Of a stretch of 64,000 nucleotides of DNA, positions 27,958-41,110 are shown piece after piece; positions within the stretch are counted from its first letter, which is position 1; each line of letters opens with the position of its first letter. This stretch comes from an uncultured delta proteobacterium (GTDB lineage: Bacteria > Myxococcota > Myxococcia > SLRQ01): the NCBI GenBank assembly GCA_963727485.1, contig CAVSGM010000002.1:896001-960000 (forward strand), in the 5' to 3' direction. The notes under the pieces were generated by a model. The model saw nothing but the letters and a program-made list of their open reading frames with translations, did not search any database and was not told the DNA's origin. The translations under genes and the position numbers were made by a program.

Positions 27958-28824
27958 ATGGTGCGCGCCCGACAGCGGCTCCCGGCGATCGGGGCGATCC
28001 TCCTGGCGGCCGGCCTCGCCCTCGCCCCCACCGGCGCCCGGGCCCAGACCATCCTCGGCCCCCGGGCCGCGGGCATGGGCGACGCCGCCCGGGCGGTGGG
28101 CACCAGCAACGACACCCTCTTCGTGAACCCGGCGGGGATGAGCCTCTTCCCCCGCTACGAGCTCTCCGCCTTCTGGCGCCGGGACACCGGCGCCGACGGG
28201 AACCTCTGGTCGCTCTCGGTGGTCGACTCCAAGAGCGGCCGGGTCGCCGGCGGCATGGCCTACACCTACGAGTACTACGGCCACGGGGGGAAGACCCGGG
28301 TGGGCAGCCGCCTGGACATCGCCTCGAGCTACCCCCTGGCGAGCTTCCTCCTCTTCGGGGTGACCGTCCGCTACCTCAACGTCGCCACCGCCGACGGGCC
28401 CCTGAACCGGGTCACCGGGGACACCGGGTTCCTGGTGGTGCCCACCAGCTGGCTCTACATCGGGATCACCGCCCACAACGTGATCAGCCCGGCGAACCAG
28501 GGGCAGACCGCGCCCCGGACCTTCGGGGGTGGGGTGGGGCTGGCCCTCTTCCAGCGCTCCCTCACCCTCGCCTTCGACTACCAGCAGTCCACCGAGCTTC
28601 CGGGCAACCCCTCCAGCTACAACCTGGGCCTCGAGTACTTCTTCGGCGGCGCCTTCATCGTCCGGGCGGGCTACGTCTTCGACGGCTTCGCCCACAACCG
28701 GCGGTGGAGCGCCGGCCTCGGCTACGTGAACCCCCAGTTCGGCTTGGACTTCGCCTACGGCCATACCGCCGGGTACCACCACGTCAGCCAGGTGTGGTCG
28801 CTGGGGCTCCGGCTCTTCTTCTGA
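27958..28824 (+). CDS. Outer-membrane beta-barrel protein (FadL/PorV-like N-terminus)
   Basis: Signal peptide, GPRAAGMGDA...FVNPAG, amphipathic strands and terminal LGLRLFF. Confidence 0.7.
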   Translation: MVRARQRLPAIGAILLAAGLALAPTGARAQTILGPRAAGMGDAARAVGTSNDTLFVNPAGMSLFPRYELSAFWRRDTGADGNLWSLSVVDSKSGRVAGGMAYTYEYYGHGGKTRVGSRLDIASSYPLASFLLFGVTVRYLNVATADGPLNRVTGDTGFLVVPTSWLYIGITAHNVISPANQGQTAPRTFGGGVGLALFQRSLTLAFDYQQSTELPGNPSSYNLGLEYFFGGAFIVRAGYVFDGFAHNRRWSAGLGYVNPQFGLDFAYGHTAGYHHVSQVWSLGLRLFF

Positions 28825-28825
28825 A

Positions 28826-28854
28826 TTGAAGTCGGTGCGCCCGGTGGCTATACT
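28826..28854 (+). promoter_or_regulatory. sigma70 promoter of kdsB-pyrG-kdsA-kdsC
   Basis: TTGAAG-17 bp-TATACT. Confidence 0.7.
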
Positions 28855-28884
28855 CCGCGCCCGGATGCACCTCCGGGCCCGCTG

Positions 28885-29622
28885 GTGAGCGTCGTCGTCA
28901 TCATTCCCGCGCGTTACGACTCGACCCGCCTGCCCGGAAAGCCCCTGGCGCTGATTGATGGGAGGCCGATGATCCGGCACGTGTACGACCGGGCGGCCCA
29001 GGCCCCGGACGTCGCCGAGGTGGTGGTCGCCACCGACGACGAGCGGATCGCTGCCTCCGTCCGGGGCTTCGGGGGCCGGGCGGTGATGACCTCCCCGGCC
29101 CACGCCAGCGGCACCGATCGGGTCGCCGAGGCCGCCCGGCAGCTCGCCTTCGAGGGCCTCGCCTTCGACCGGGTGGTCAACGTCCAGGGGGACGAGCCCT
29201 TCCTCGATCCCGGCGCCGTCGCCGAGTGCGCCGCCCGCCTCGCCCCGTCGGCCGGCGGCGGCCTCGCCCCGATGTCCACCCTCGCCCGCCCCCTCGAGCC
29301 AGGCGAGCTCGAGGACCCGGCGGTGGTCAAGGTGGTCTGTCGCCTCGACGGCACCGCGCTCCTCTTCTCCCGGGCCCCGGTGGGCCGGCAGCGCGACGCC
29401 GGCGGCGCCGCCGCCCGGGCCCACGTGGGGATCTACGGCTACACCGCAGGCTTCCTCCAGGCCTTCGCGAAGCTCTCACCCACCCCCCTCGAGCAGGCCG
29501 AGCGCCTCGAGCAGCTCCGCGCCCTCGAGCACGGCCACCCCATCGCCGTCGCCGACACCCGTTACCGCGCCCGCGGCATCGACACCCCTGAAGACCTCGC
29601 GCGGGCCAACGCCCGCACCTGA
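28885..29622 (+). CDS. kdsB: 3-deoxy-manno-octulosonate cytidylyltransferase
   Basis: [27 protein letters not shown] and LEQLRALE. Confidence 0.96.
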   Translation: MSVVVIIPARYDSTRLPGKPLALIDGRPMIRHVYDRAAQAPDVAEVVVATDDERIAASVRGFGGRAVMTSPAHASGTDRVAEAARQLAFEGLAFDRVVNVQGDEPFLDPGAVAECAARLAPSAGGGLAPMSTLARPLEPGELEDPAVVKVVCRLDGTALLFSRAPVGRQRDAGGAAARAHVGIYGYTAGFLQAFAKLSPTPLEQAERLEQLRALEHGHPIAVADTRYRARGIDTPEDLARANART

Positions 29623-29643
29623 ACCACCGGAGACCGCCCGGAC

Positions 29644-31319
<1,676 letters not shown>

Positions 31320-31323
<4 letters not shown>

Positions 31324-32174
31324 GCGCCCCTCTCGCCTACCCCGAGGCCGGCCCCCGGGTCGACCTCGGGCCCTTCGTGTGCGGGGCCGGGCAGCCGCTG
31401 ACCCTCATCGCCGGGCCCTGCGTCATCGAGGGGCGCGAGCTCACCCTGCGCGTCGCCCGGGAGGTCAGCCGCCTCGCCGAGCGCCACCGGGTCAACCTCG
31501 TGTTCAAGGCGAGCTTCGACAAGGCCAACCGCACCAGCGCCCAGAGCTACCGGGGCGGGGGGATGGACGAGGGCCTGGCGGTGCTGGCCGAGGTGAAGCG
31601 GGAGACCGGCCGCCCGGTCCTCACCGACGTCCACCTCCCGGACCAGGCGGCCCCGGTGGCCGAGGTCGCCGACGTCCTGCAGATCCCCGCGTTCCTCTGC
31701 CGCCAGACCGACCTCCTCCAGGCCGCCGCCGCCACCGGGAGGCCGGTGAACGTGAAGAAGGGCCAGTTCCTGGCGCCGGAGGACATGGCCCACGTCCTGG
31801 GCAAGCTGCGCGCCGCCGGGGGCGAGCGGGTGCTCCTCACCGAGCGGGGCACCAGCTTCGGCTACCACGACCTGGTGGTCGACATGCGGGGGCTGCTGAC
31901 GCTCCGGGCGCTCGGGGTCCCGGTGTGCTTCGACGCGACCCACTCGGTGCAGCGGCCCTCGGCGGCGGACGGGACCAGCGGCGGAGACCGGACGCTGGCC
32001 CCGGTGCTGGCCCGGGCGGCGGTGGCGGTGGGGGTCGACGCGATCTTCGCCGAGGTCCACGAGGACCCGGACCACGCCCGCTCCGACGGCCCCAACTCCC
32101 TGACCTACGCGCTCCTCGACCAGCTCCTCGACGAGGCGGTCCGCCTCCGCGCCGCCCTGGGGGCCGGGACATGA
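31320..32174 (+). CDS. kdsA: KDO-8-phosphate synthase
   Basis: [43 protein letters not shown] and SDGPN. Confidence 0.96.
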
Positions 32175-32707
32175 GCGACCCGGCCAGCCCCGGCGGCGCC
32201 GGCGGCCTCCCCCTCGGCGAGCGCGCCGCGACCATCGCGCTGCTGGTCCTCGACGTCGACGGGGTGCTCACCGACGGGCGCCTCTGGTACGGCCGCGAGG
32301 GCGAGGCGATGAAGGCCATCGACACCCGCGACGGCCACGGGCTGGTGCTCCTGCGCCACGCCGGCGTCCGCTTCGCCACCCTCTCCGGGCGGCCCCAGAC
32401 CCTGCTGCACCGGCGCTTCGAGGAGCTGGGCTTCACCGAGGTCCGGGAGCGGGTGATCCACAAGCGCCAGGGCATGATCGACCTCGCCGCCTCGCTCGAG
32501 GTGCCCCTCGACCAGGTCGCCTACCTCGGCGACGACGTCAACGACCTCGAGGCCCTGGAGATCGTCGGGCTCTCGGCCTGCCCCGCCGACGCCGCCGACG
32601 AGGTGCGCGCCCGGGTGGACCTCGTCTGCGCCCACGGCGGCGGCCGGGGGGCGGTGCGCGAGGTGGCCGAGCTGCTCCTCAAGGCCCGGGGGGCCTGGCC
32701 CCATTGA
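32171..32707 (+). CDS. kdsC: KDO-8-phosphate phosphatase (HAD)
   Basis: [17 protein letters not shown] and GGRGAVRE. Confidence 0.93.
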   Translation: MSDPASPGGAGGLPLGERAATIALLVLDVDGVLTDGRLWYGREGEAMKAIDTRDGHGLVLLRHAGVRFATLSGRPQTLLHRRFEELGFTEVRERVIHKRQGMIDLAASLEVPLDQVAYLGDDVNDLEALEIVGLSACPADAADEVRARVDLVCAHGGGRGAVREVAELLLKARGAWPH

Positions 32708-33115
32708 GCCCGCCGCCGCGGCCCCTGCGCCCCCTGGCCCTGGGGTGGGCCGCCTTCGGCATCCTCCCCTACCTCCTGGGCGCCCTGGTCTCGGGCCGGA
32801 TGGGCCCGTGGACCTGGGGGCGCCTGGCGGTGGAGCTCTCGGCCCTGATCACCACGCTCCTGGTGGTCCGCGACCGGGCGCCGGTGCCCTTCGGCCGCAC
32901 CGCCACCGTCGCCGCCTTCGCCACCTTCGCCCTGGCCTGCGTGCGCTTCGGGGTGCTCCCCTTCATGGGCCCCGGGGCGGCGCCCCCGGGGAGCGCCGCC
33001 GAGCACGTCGCCATCGGCCACCTGCTCGTCGTCGGGGGCGGGGTCGACGCGGCCTTCGCCCTGGCCTGCCTGGTCCTGGCGCTCGCCTGCGGCCACGCCC
33101 TGTGGCGCCGCCGCG

Positions 33116-33144
<29 letters not shown>
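32704..33144 (+). CDS. Hypothetical 4-TM membrane protein
   Basis: TTG start overlaps the kdsC stop. Hydrophobic helices and GC3-rich codons. Confidence 0.5.
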
Positions 33145-34141
<997 letters not shown>

Positions 34142-34198
34142 CGCGCGCCTCCTCGGGATCGGGTTCGGGGCCCGATATGGGCCGGGGCCCGGGGGGCG

Positions 34199-36085
34199 TC
34201 AAGGTGGCGGGAGGGTCGGCCGCGGGGGCGGCGTGAGCACCCGCGGCAGGTAGCCGGCCTCCAGGGTGACCCCGGCGAAGGCGTGGTCGGCGAACACCAT
34301 CACGTACCAGGGGCCGGCGGCGGCGTCGCCCAGCTCCACCGTCTCCGCGTTGCCCGGGCCCCGGCTGCGGGCGTCCCAGTCGGTGAGGGTGGGCTCGGCC
34401 CCTTGGCGCAGGTAGAGGTCGGCGTCGCCCCGGCCTCCGGTGAGGCGCACGGTGACCCCGGTGGCGCCGGGGGGGACCGCGAGGAAGAACCGGCGCGCCG
34501 CTCCGGCTGGGGCCGCGAGGCCCTCGACCGGGACCCCCGCCGTGAGCGCCACCGCGTCCGCGCCCCCGGCCGCGGTGGGCACCGCCACCGCCTGCCACCC
34601 CAGGTCCACCGCCCGGGCGGTGTCGGCGCCGTGGAGATCCCGCGCCGCCTGCACCGTCGCCGCCCGGGCGTCCTGGAAGTCCGAGTCCGGGGAGAGGTAG
34701 ACGGTCAGGGCCCGATAGTAGATGTCCCGGGCCCGGGCGAGGCCGATGGCGGGCACGACGACGTCGGTGGCGCCCCGGGGGTGGACGCCGCCCTGGACGG
34801 TGAGGACGTAGGCGAGGCTCACGATCCCCGCGTTCTCGTGGACCCCGCCCTGGTCGAAGGGGCCCTGGTAGCGGTCGGGCCAGGTGTCGGCGCTGATGCC
34901 GTCCCGGGCCGGGTCGTCGAGGTAGCGCACCGCGTCGCCGGGGATCCCGGGGGTGTACACGTCCTCGCCCATCTCCCAGGTCCCCGGGCCCACGGCGCCG
35001 TCGCGCCAGGCCTCGCAGGTGGCGGCGAGCAGGTCGGCGAAGCCCTCGGCGAGGGCCCCGGGGGCGTTCTGGAACACCAGGCCGGCGGTGTGGGCCTCGA
35101 CCCCGTGGGTGAGCTCGTGGACGGTCACGTCGTAGGCCAGCGCGAGGTCGGCGAAGAGGACCCCGTCGCCGTCGCCGAGGTGGATGACGTCGTGGTCGAG
35201 ATCGTAGAAGGCGCCGTCGAAGGCCGACAGGTCGTGGACCACGCTGACCAAAGGCGCGCCGGCGCCGTCGAAGGAGTCCCGGCCGAAGAGGGCCAGGTAG
35301 CAGGCCCAGGCGTCGCCGGTGTGGGCGTAGGCGGCGTCGACGTCGGGGTCGCCGGTGTCCGGATCGCCCTCGGCCCGGGCGAGGCGGGCCACCCCGGTGC
35401 GCCGGTCGTAGACCCGCCGCGCCAGCGCCCCCGGGGTCCGGGGGTGCACGTCGAGCCAGGCACCGGTGACGGCGTCGAGGTAGATCCGCGCGGTCCCGGG
35501 CGCCCCCGGCGCGCCCAGGGGGACCTCCCAGGCGAGGCGCGCCACCCCGGTGGCCGAGCCCACCTCGTAGACCAGCCTTGCGGGCCCCGGCGCCCGCCCC
35601 GCCCACGCCGCCACCGTGGCCCGGGCGGCGGCGGCGGAGATCCGCGGCACCGGGGCGGCCGGCACCGGCGCCGCGGTGCCGGACACCGCGTAGACCCGGC
35701 CCGAGGGATCCACGTGGACCCCCACCTCGCCGCCGACGACCTCGAGGCCGAAGGCGGTCTCCCGGTACCGGGCGTGGCGGTCGCCGAGGCGGTCGGTCCA
35801 GGCCCGCACCAGCTCGAGCTGCGCCGCCCCGATCCCGAAGAGGGGCGCCAGGCGCGCCAGGTCCGGGCCCTCGCCGAGGTCGCCGACCACGAACCGGGGG
35901 ACGGCGGCGGGCCCGAGGCTCACCACCCGCGGCGCCGGGAGGGCCTCGAGGGCCGCCTCGATCCCCGGGGCCACCCGGGCGTCCACGGTCGCCGGCCGGG
36001 GCGGGGCGCAGGCGGTCGCCAGGATGGCGAGGGCGGCCAGGATCGCGGGGGTCGCCACCGGGCGGCTGGGGGCGGAGGGGCTCAT
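34199..36085 (-). CDS. M4 (thermolysin-family) metallopeptidase lipoprotein with C-terminal PPC domain
   Basis: Lipobox LATAC, short propeptide, HELTH, GALAEGFAD, GGVHENAG, and PPC motif GDADLYLR. Confidence 0.88.
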   Translation of the reverse strand: MSPSAPSRPVATPAILAALAILATACAPPRPATVDARVAPGIEAALEALPAPRVVSLGPAAVPRFVVGDLGEGPDLARLAPLFGIGAAQLELVRAWTDRLGDRHARYRETAFGLEVVGGEVGVHVDPSGRVYAVSGTAAPVPAAPVPRISAAAARATVAAWAGRAPGPARLVYEVGSATGVARLAWEVPLGAPGAPGTARIYLDAVTGAWLDVHPRTPGALARRVYDRRTGVARLARAEGDPDTGDPDVDAAYAHTGDAWACYLALFGRDSFDGAGAPLVSVVHDLSAFDGAFYDLDHDVIHLGDGDGVLFADLALAYDVTVHELTHGVEAHTAGLVFQNAPGALAEGFADLLAATCEAWRDGAVGPGTWEMGEDVYTPGIPGDAVRYLDDPARDGISADTWPDRYQGPFDQGGVHENAGIVSLAYVLTVQGGVHPRGATDVVVPAIGLARARDIYYRALTVYLSPDSDFQDARAATVQAARDLHGADTARAVDLGWQAVAVPTAAGGADAVALTAGVPVEGLAAPAGAARRFFLAVPPGATGVTVRLTGGRGDADLYLRQGAEPTLTDWDARSRGPGNAETVELGDAAAGPWYVMVFADHAFAGVTLEAGYLPRVLTPPPRPTLPPP

Positions 36086-36777
36086 GGGGGCAGGCAGGCG
36101 CGGGTGCCCGTGGCGTCGACCTCGGCGCAGCGGTAGCCGGCGCGGCAGTCGGCGGAGGTGGCGCACCCGGGGAGGCAGTAGGCGTCGCCGGGGAGGCGCG
36201 GGTCGAAGAGGACGCACACGGTCGCCGCCGGGCAGGGCTCGGCGACCGGGTCGCAGGCGAGGACGCAGCAGCCCCCGGGCCAGTCCGGGGGCGCGGCGCA
36301 GTACCCGGTGGGCCCGCCGGCGCAGTCCCACTGGTGGGCGCAGGGGTCGCCCACCGCCCCCGGGCCGGTGGCGGCGGGCCAGCACTCGAGGCGGCCGTCG
36401 CCGTCGGCGTCGAAGCACCCGTAGCCGGCGGCGTCGCGGCAGTCGGCGCCGGTGGCGCAGTCCGGGAGGCAGGCCCCGGCGGCGTCCACCACGAAGGCGC
36501 AGTGGCTCCCGGTGGGGCACCTCTCGGCGAGGTCGCAGCGCCGGATGCACAGGCCGTCCTCGAAGCCGTCGGCGGCGGTGGCGCACACGCCGCCGGTCCC
36601 CCCGGCGCAGTCGGCGTCCCGGGCGCAGGGCGCGCCCACCGCGGCGCCGGCCTCCCCGCCGTCCGCCGGTCCCGCGTCCGGGGCCGGCGGGGGCCCGGCG
36701 TCGACGCGCGGGTCGCCGGCGGTGCCACAGGCCACGAGGGCCGTGGCCAGGAGAACGGTGGCCAGGCCTCCCCGCAT
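36082..36777 (-). CDS. Cys-rich repeat lipoprotein
   Basis: Lipobox LVAC, DAG linker, and two-fold Cys repeats (GxPC..DxDC...GxC...C...CP....C). ATGA overlap with the M4 gene. Confidence 0.75.
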   Translation of the reverse strand: MRGGLATVLLATALVACGTAGDPRVDAGPPPAPDAGPADGGEAGAAVGAPCARDADCAGGTGGVCATAADGFEDGLCIRRCDLAERCPTGSHCAFVVDAAGACLPDCATGADCRDAAGYGCFDADGDGRLECWPAATGPGAVGDPCAHQWDCAGGPTGYCAAPPDWPGGCCVLACDPVAEPCPAATVCVLFDPRLPGDAYCLPGCATSADCRAGYRCAEVDATGTRACLPP

Positions 36778-36867
36778 GCGCCCCCCCGGGCGCCGGGACG
36801 GGCCGCTGCGGCCGGCCCCGGGTCCACGGGGAGTCTAGGCATCCGCCGGGGGCGGGACCCGCCGGGC

Positions 36868-37825
36868 CTACTCCCCGCCGATGCGGTGGGCGGCGACCAG
36901 GGCGTCGAGGTGGGCGGCCAGGGCGCCGCGGGCGTCGGTGTAGCGCACCTTGAGGGTCCGCTCGGCCAGGGACGGATCGCCGGTGGCCGCGTGGGTGAAG
37001 GCGAGGATCCGCTCCCGGCGCCCCACCGGGTCGCGCCGGCGCAGGCGCGAGACCAGGGCGTCGACGCGCCCGGCGACCTCCACGGTGTGGGGCGGCGCCG
37101 CGCGCATCACCACCGGCCAGCCGGTGGCCAGCCCCACCAGGTCGCCGAGGGCGCGCCACCCGAGGGCGTCGGCCTGGAGCAGATAGCGGGCCCCGGCCTC
37201 GCCGCGCTCGAGGGCGGCGAGGTGGGCCTCGACCACGTCGGCCAGCGGCACCACCGGCACCCTTGTCCCCTCGGGGAACACGGGGATCCGCGCGTCGGCG
37301 AGGTCGATGAGCAGCCGGGTCAGGGGCCCGTCGTCGCCGATGGTGAACGCCGGGGCCAGGACCTCGACGTGCATGCCCCGGGCCCCGACCTTCCACACCT
37401 CGCCCTCGGCGAGGCGGCGGCTGACCACGTAGGGGGTCAGGGCCTCGGGCGAGAGGGGCCCGGCGGCGAGGTGGGTGCTGGTGTAGACGAGGCGGTCGAC
37501 CCCGGCCTCGGCGCAGGCCTGGGCCACGGTGCGGGTCCCGGCGACGTTGATGGCGTAGAGCTGGTCGAGGCGCCGCTCGGGGATGACGAAGTCGTCCCCG
37601 GCCCAGGCCACCAGGTGGTAGGCGGCGTCGCAGCCCCCGGGCCGCCTCCAGGAGCGCCGACCGGGCGCCCACGTCGGCCTCGACCACGGTGGCGTCGGCG
37701 CCCTCTGGCACCTTGAGGCGCTCGGGGCGCCGGGCGCAGATCACCAGGGCGTGCCCGGCCTCGGCGAGGCGGGTCATCAGCGCCTGGCCGAGCGCCCCGG
37801 TGGGGCCAACGAGGAGGATCCGCAT
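36868..37825 (-). CDS. NAD-dependent epimerase/dehydratase (extended SDR; frameshift in a G-run at ~37635)
   Basis: MRILLVGPTGALG Rossmann start. INVAGT...RLVYTS...YVVSR follows in the next frame. Confidence 0.75.
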
Positions 37826-37933
37826 CGCTTGGGGGACCTATCACCGCCCCGGCCCGGTTTGAAGCCGGCGCGGGGCGGCAGGCCCGGGTCTCGGCGGGCC
37901 GGGCGGCACCGACGTTGCGCCCGGGCCCAACCC

Positions 37934-38866
37934 GTGCATCATCGCCCGGTGCCCGTCCCCCGCCGCAAACGGCTCCGGCGCCAGCTCCGCGCCGCCGTCC
38001 TCCGCGCGCTCCTCGCCGTGTTCGGCCGCCTGCCCCTGCGCCCGGCCCTGGCGCTCGGCCGGGGCCTGGGCTGGCTGGCGTTCCACCTGGTGGGCGGCGA
38101 GCGCCGGCGCGCCGAGGCCAACCTGCGCCTCGCCTTCCCGGACGCCGACGACCGCTTCGTCCGGGACACGGTGCGCCAGATGTTCGTGAACCTCGGCGAG
38201 CACGCCCTGGAGAACATCTGCATCCGCGGGGTCGACCGGCGCCTCCCCGGCTGGGTGCGCTTCGAGGACCAGGACCGGGCGATCCTGGAGCGGGCGCTGG
38301 CCACCGGCGCCGGGGCGGTGGTGCTCTCGGGCCACATCGGCAACTGGGAGCTCGCCGCGCGCTTCCTCGCCCACGAGGGCTACCGGGTGGTCGCCGTGGG
38401 CCGGGAGAGCCACGACCCGGGCCTCCAGCGCCTCATGGACGACCTCCGGGGGAGCGGCGGGGTGACCGTGCTCCCCCGCGGCGCCCGGTCGACCCCGGTG
38501 AAGATGCTCCGGCAGCTCCAGAGGGGCGACGCCCTCTTCCTCCTGGTGGACCAGGACACCGACGTCCCCAGCGTCTTCGTGCCCTTCTTCGGGCGGCCGG
38601 CGAAGACCCCGCGGGCGCCGGCGGATCTGTGCGTCCGGCGCGCCGGCTCGCACCTGGTCGCCGGGCTCCTCCACCGGGACGGGCCGGGCCAGGGGCACCA
38701 GCTGGTCTTCCACGAGATCGAGGTCGCGCGCACCGGCGACCCCGAGGCCGACGCGGTGACGACGACGGCGCGGATCAACGAGATGTACGAGGCGGAGATC
38801 CGCGCCGCCCCGGCACAGTGGGTGTGGTTCCACCCCAGGTGGCGGTCGCGGCCGCCGGCGGACTAG
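37934..38866 (+). CDS. lpxL: Lipid A late acyltransferase (LpxL/HtrB family); start uncertain
   Basis: ANLRLAFP, GHIGNWE, LVDQD, VPFFG and PAQWVWFHPRW. Confidence 0.85.
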   Translation: MHHRPVPVPRRKRLRRQLRAAVLRALLAVFGRLPLRPALALGRGLGWLAFHLVGGERRRAEANLRLAFPDADDRFVRDTVRQMFVNLGEHALENICIRGVDRRLPGWVRFEDQDRAILERALATGAGAVVLSGHIGNWELAARFLAHEGYRVVAVGRESHDPGLQRLMDDLRGSGGVTVLPRGARSTPVKMLRQLQRGDALFLLVDQDTDVPSVFVPFFGRPAKTPRAPADLCVRRAGSHLVAGLLHRDGPGQGHQLVFHEIEVARTGDPEADAVTTTARINEMYEAEIRAAPAQWVWFHPRWRSRPPAD

Positions 38867-39921
38867 TCGTCGCCGGGGCCCGCGGGCTCGAGGCGCTCGA
38901 AGCCCCCGAGCTTGTACACCGCCACCGAGATCAGCCACCCGGCGACGAACACGCCGATCACCAGGTACCCCAGGCTCCCGAGCGCCTCGTTCACCTGCGC
39001 CAGGCGCCCCCAGATGGGCCCGGTGAGCCCCAGGTGGCTCGCGATCGCCGCCCCGGCCTCGACCCCGCCGATGAGCACCGCCACCACCACCGAGATCAGG
39101 GTGATGGAGAGGTTGTAGTAGAGCTTGCGCACCGGTCGGGTGTAGGCCCAGCCGTAGGCGCCGACCATGAGCACCCCGTCGGTGGTGTCGACGAGGCTCA
39201 TCCCCGCGGTGAACAGCGCCGCGAACAGCAGGATGGACCACAGCGGCATCCCCTGGACCGCGGCGACGGCGCTGATCCCGAGGAGCCCCACCTCGCTGGC
39301 GGTGTCGAAGCCGAGGCCGAAGAGGAGGCCCAGCGGGTACATCTTCCAGCTCCGGTCGATGAGCCGGTAGAGGGGCCGGAAGAAGCGGCCGAGGAGCCCG
39401 CGCTGGTCGAGGGTGCGGTCGAGGGCGCCGTCGTCGAGGGCCCCGCCGGCGCGCACCCGCTTGAAGGCGATCCACACGTCCCGGAGGATCACCGCGTTGA
39501 TGGCGGCGATGAGCAGGAGGAACCCGGCGGAGACCGAGGTGCCGATGAGCCCGCCGACCTCCTTGAGGCCCGGGAACGCCCGGTTGGCGGCGGCGGCGCC
39601 GACGGCGATGACCCCCGCGGCGACCACCACCACCGTGGAGTGGCCGAGGGAGAAGAAGAGCCCGACGCCGACGGGCCGCTGGCCGTCCTGCATCAGCTTG
39701 CGGGTGACGTTGTCGATGGCGGCGATGTGGTCGGCGTCGACGGCGTGGCGCAGGCCGAGGGCGTAGGCCAGCACCGCGGTGGCCACCAGCTGGGGCCAGT
39801 GGCGGAAGGCGAGCAGGCTCAAAGCCCACACCGCGAGGTTGGCGGTGACGAGCCCGAGGTAGACGCGGGTCACCCGGCCGCGGAAGGCGGACCGGGGCGG
39901 GCTGGAGAGGGCTGGGACCAT
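38863..39921 (-). CDS. High-affinity nickel/cobalt transporter (NiCoT, HoxN/NixA family)
   Basis: LGLRHAVDADHIAAIDN, GLFFSLGHS and LGFDTASE signatures. Confidence 0.93.
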   Translation of the reverse strand: MVPALSSPPRSAFRGRVTRVYLGLVTANLAVWALSLLAFRHWPQLVATAVLAYALGLRHAVDADHIAAIDNVTRKLMQDGQRPVGVGLFFSLGHSTVVVVAAGVIAVGAAAANRAFPGLKEVGGLIGTSVSAGFLLLIAAINAVILRDVWIAFKRVRAGGALDDGALDRTLDQRGLLGRFFRPLYRLIDRSWKMYPLGLLFGLGFDTASEVGLLGISAVAAVQGMPLWSILLFAALFTAGMSLVDTTDGVLMVGAYGWAYTRPVRKLYYNLSITLISVVVAVLIGGVEAGAAIASHLGLTGPIWGRLAQVNEALGSLGYLVIGVFVAGWLISVAVYKLGGFERLEPAGPGDD

Positions 39922-39975
39922 GACTCGGGCGAAGCCTAGCCGCGATCCCCCCGGAGGCACGCGCCCCGCGCGGCG

Positions 39976-40923
39976 TCATCCCCCCAGCCGGAACCGGGCG
40001 ATGAGCGGCACGTGGTCCGAGAGCCCGTGGAACCGCCCCCGCCGGTCGCCGAAGCGCAGCGTCCCGTCGAGGTCCAGCCACTCCACCCCCTGGCCGAACA
40101 TGTGGTCGAGGTGCATCCGCAGGCGCATGAACCCGGCGGTGGGGAAGGCGCGGACGGCGTCCGGGGTCACCAGCCCCACGCGGGTCTCGGCGCTGTCGAA
40201 GCCCGCGTCCTCGGTGAGGTAGCGGAACACCGGCGAGGCCGGCGGGGCGTTGAAGTCGCCGCAGACCACGAACGGCTCCTCCCCCGCGTTCTCGGCGACG
40301 AAGCGCGCCAGGGACCGCGCCTCCTCCACCTGGTTGGGCCCGTAGCCCATCTTGTCGCCGCGGTGCCAGAACTCCTTGTTCATGAACGCGGGCAGCGAGA
40401 GGTGGGTGTTGAAGAGGTGGAAGCGCTGGTCGGCGGCGTCGGCGAGGGTGAGGTGGGCGCAGATCCGCGTCTGCTTCCGGCTCTTCCACCGCTCCACCCG
40501 GTAGTGGGTGATGCGGTGGGGCGCCTCGACGTTGTGGCTGTCCACGTGGAGGGTGGCGAGGTTGACGATGACCGCGAGCCCGGTGGTGTAGAGGTTGCGC
40601 CCCCGCACCCGGTAGCGGTGCGCCCGGAAGTAGAAGGCCTCGTAGGGGAACGGCCGCTTGGCGTCGTCGAAGGCCGCGTCGATGCGGGTCATCAGCCGCT
40701 CGAGCTGGGTGGTGCCGTTCTGGCGGGCCTCCTTGTGGGCGAGGTTCGCCCGCAGCGAGCCGGTCTCCACCTCCTGGAGGCAGATGAGGTCCGGGAGGGG
40801 ATTGAGGGAGACCAGGGCCTTGGCGATGCGCTGCTCGGCCCCGGCGGTGCTCGCCACCCCCCGGAGGGCGTGACCGAAGTACCGGACGTTGTAGGTGACG
40901 ACGCGCAGGGGTGGGGTGGCCAT
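39976..40923 (-). CDS. Endonuclease/exonuclease/phosphatase (EEP) family protein
   Basis: VVTYNV, ICLQEV, NTHL, CGDFN, LDH and SDHVP. Confidence 0.88.
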   Translation of the reverse strand: MATPPLRVVTYNVRYFGHALRGVASTAGAEQRIAKALVSLNPLPDLICLQEVETGSLRANLAHKEARQNGTTQLERLMTRIDAAFDDAKRPFPYEAFYFRAHRYRVRGRNLYTTGLAVIVNLATLHVDSHNVEAPHRITHYRVERWKSRKQTRICAHLTLADAADQRFHLFNTHLSLPAFMNKEFWHRGDKMGYGPNQVEEARSLARFVAENAGEEPFVVCGDFNAPPASPVFRYLTEDAGFDSAETRVGLVTPDAVRAFPTAGFMRLRMHLDHMFGQGVEWLDLDGTLRFGDRRGRFHGLSDHVPLIARFRLGG

Positions 40924-41025
40924 GGCCTTGCTCTCCGAGGGCTCCTGCCGTGAGGATAGGTCCGCCCCCCTGGGGACCCAAGGCGCCAACCCCGCGAGAT
41001 CCATGGGTTTGGCAAGGTTTGCAGT

Positions 41026-41041
41026 AGCAAGCTGCGTGCCA
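41026..41041 (-). promoter_or_regulatory. sigma54 promoter facing EEP-NiCoT
   Basis: Minus strand reads TGGCACGCAGCTTGCT, the full TGGCACG-N4-TTGCW consensus. Confidence 0.75.
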
Positions 41042-41044
41042 TGG

Positions 41045-41074
41045 TTTACATTCCTCGGGGAGCGCTGGTATACT
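41045..41074 (+). promoter_or_regulatory. sigma70 promoter of the lptCAB-rpoN cluster
   Basis: TTTACA-18 bp-TATACT with extended -10 TG. Confidence 0.65.
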
Positions 41075-41110
41075 CGGCTCCGTCGTCAACCAGAAAAGTG
41101 AGTATTCACG

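Noticed and set aside
41010..41023. Plus-strand TGGCAAGGTTTGCA as a sigma54 promoter
   Set aside because: GG-to-GC spacing is 8 nt rather than the required 10.
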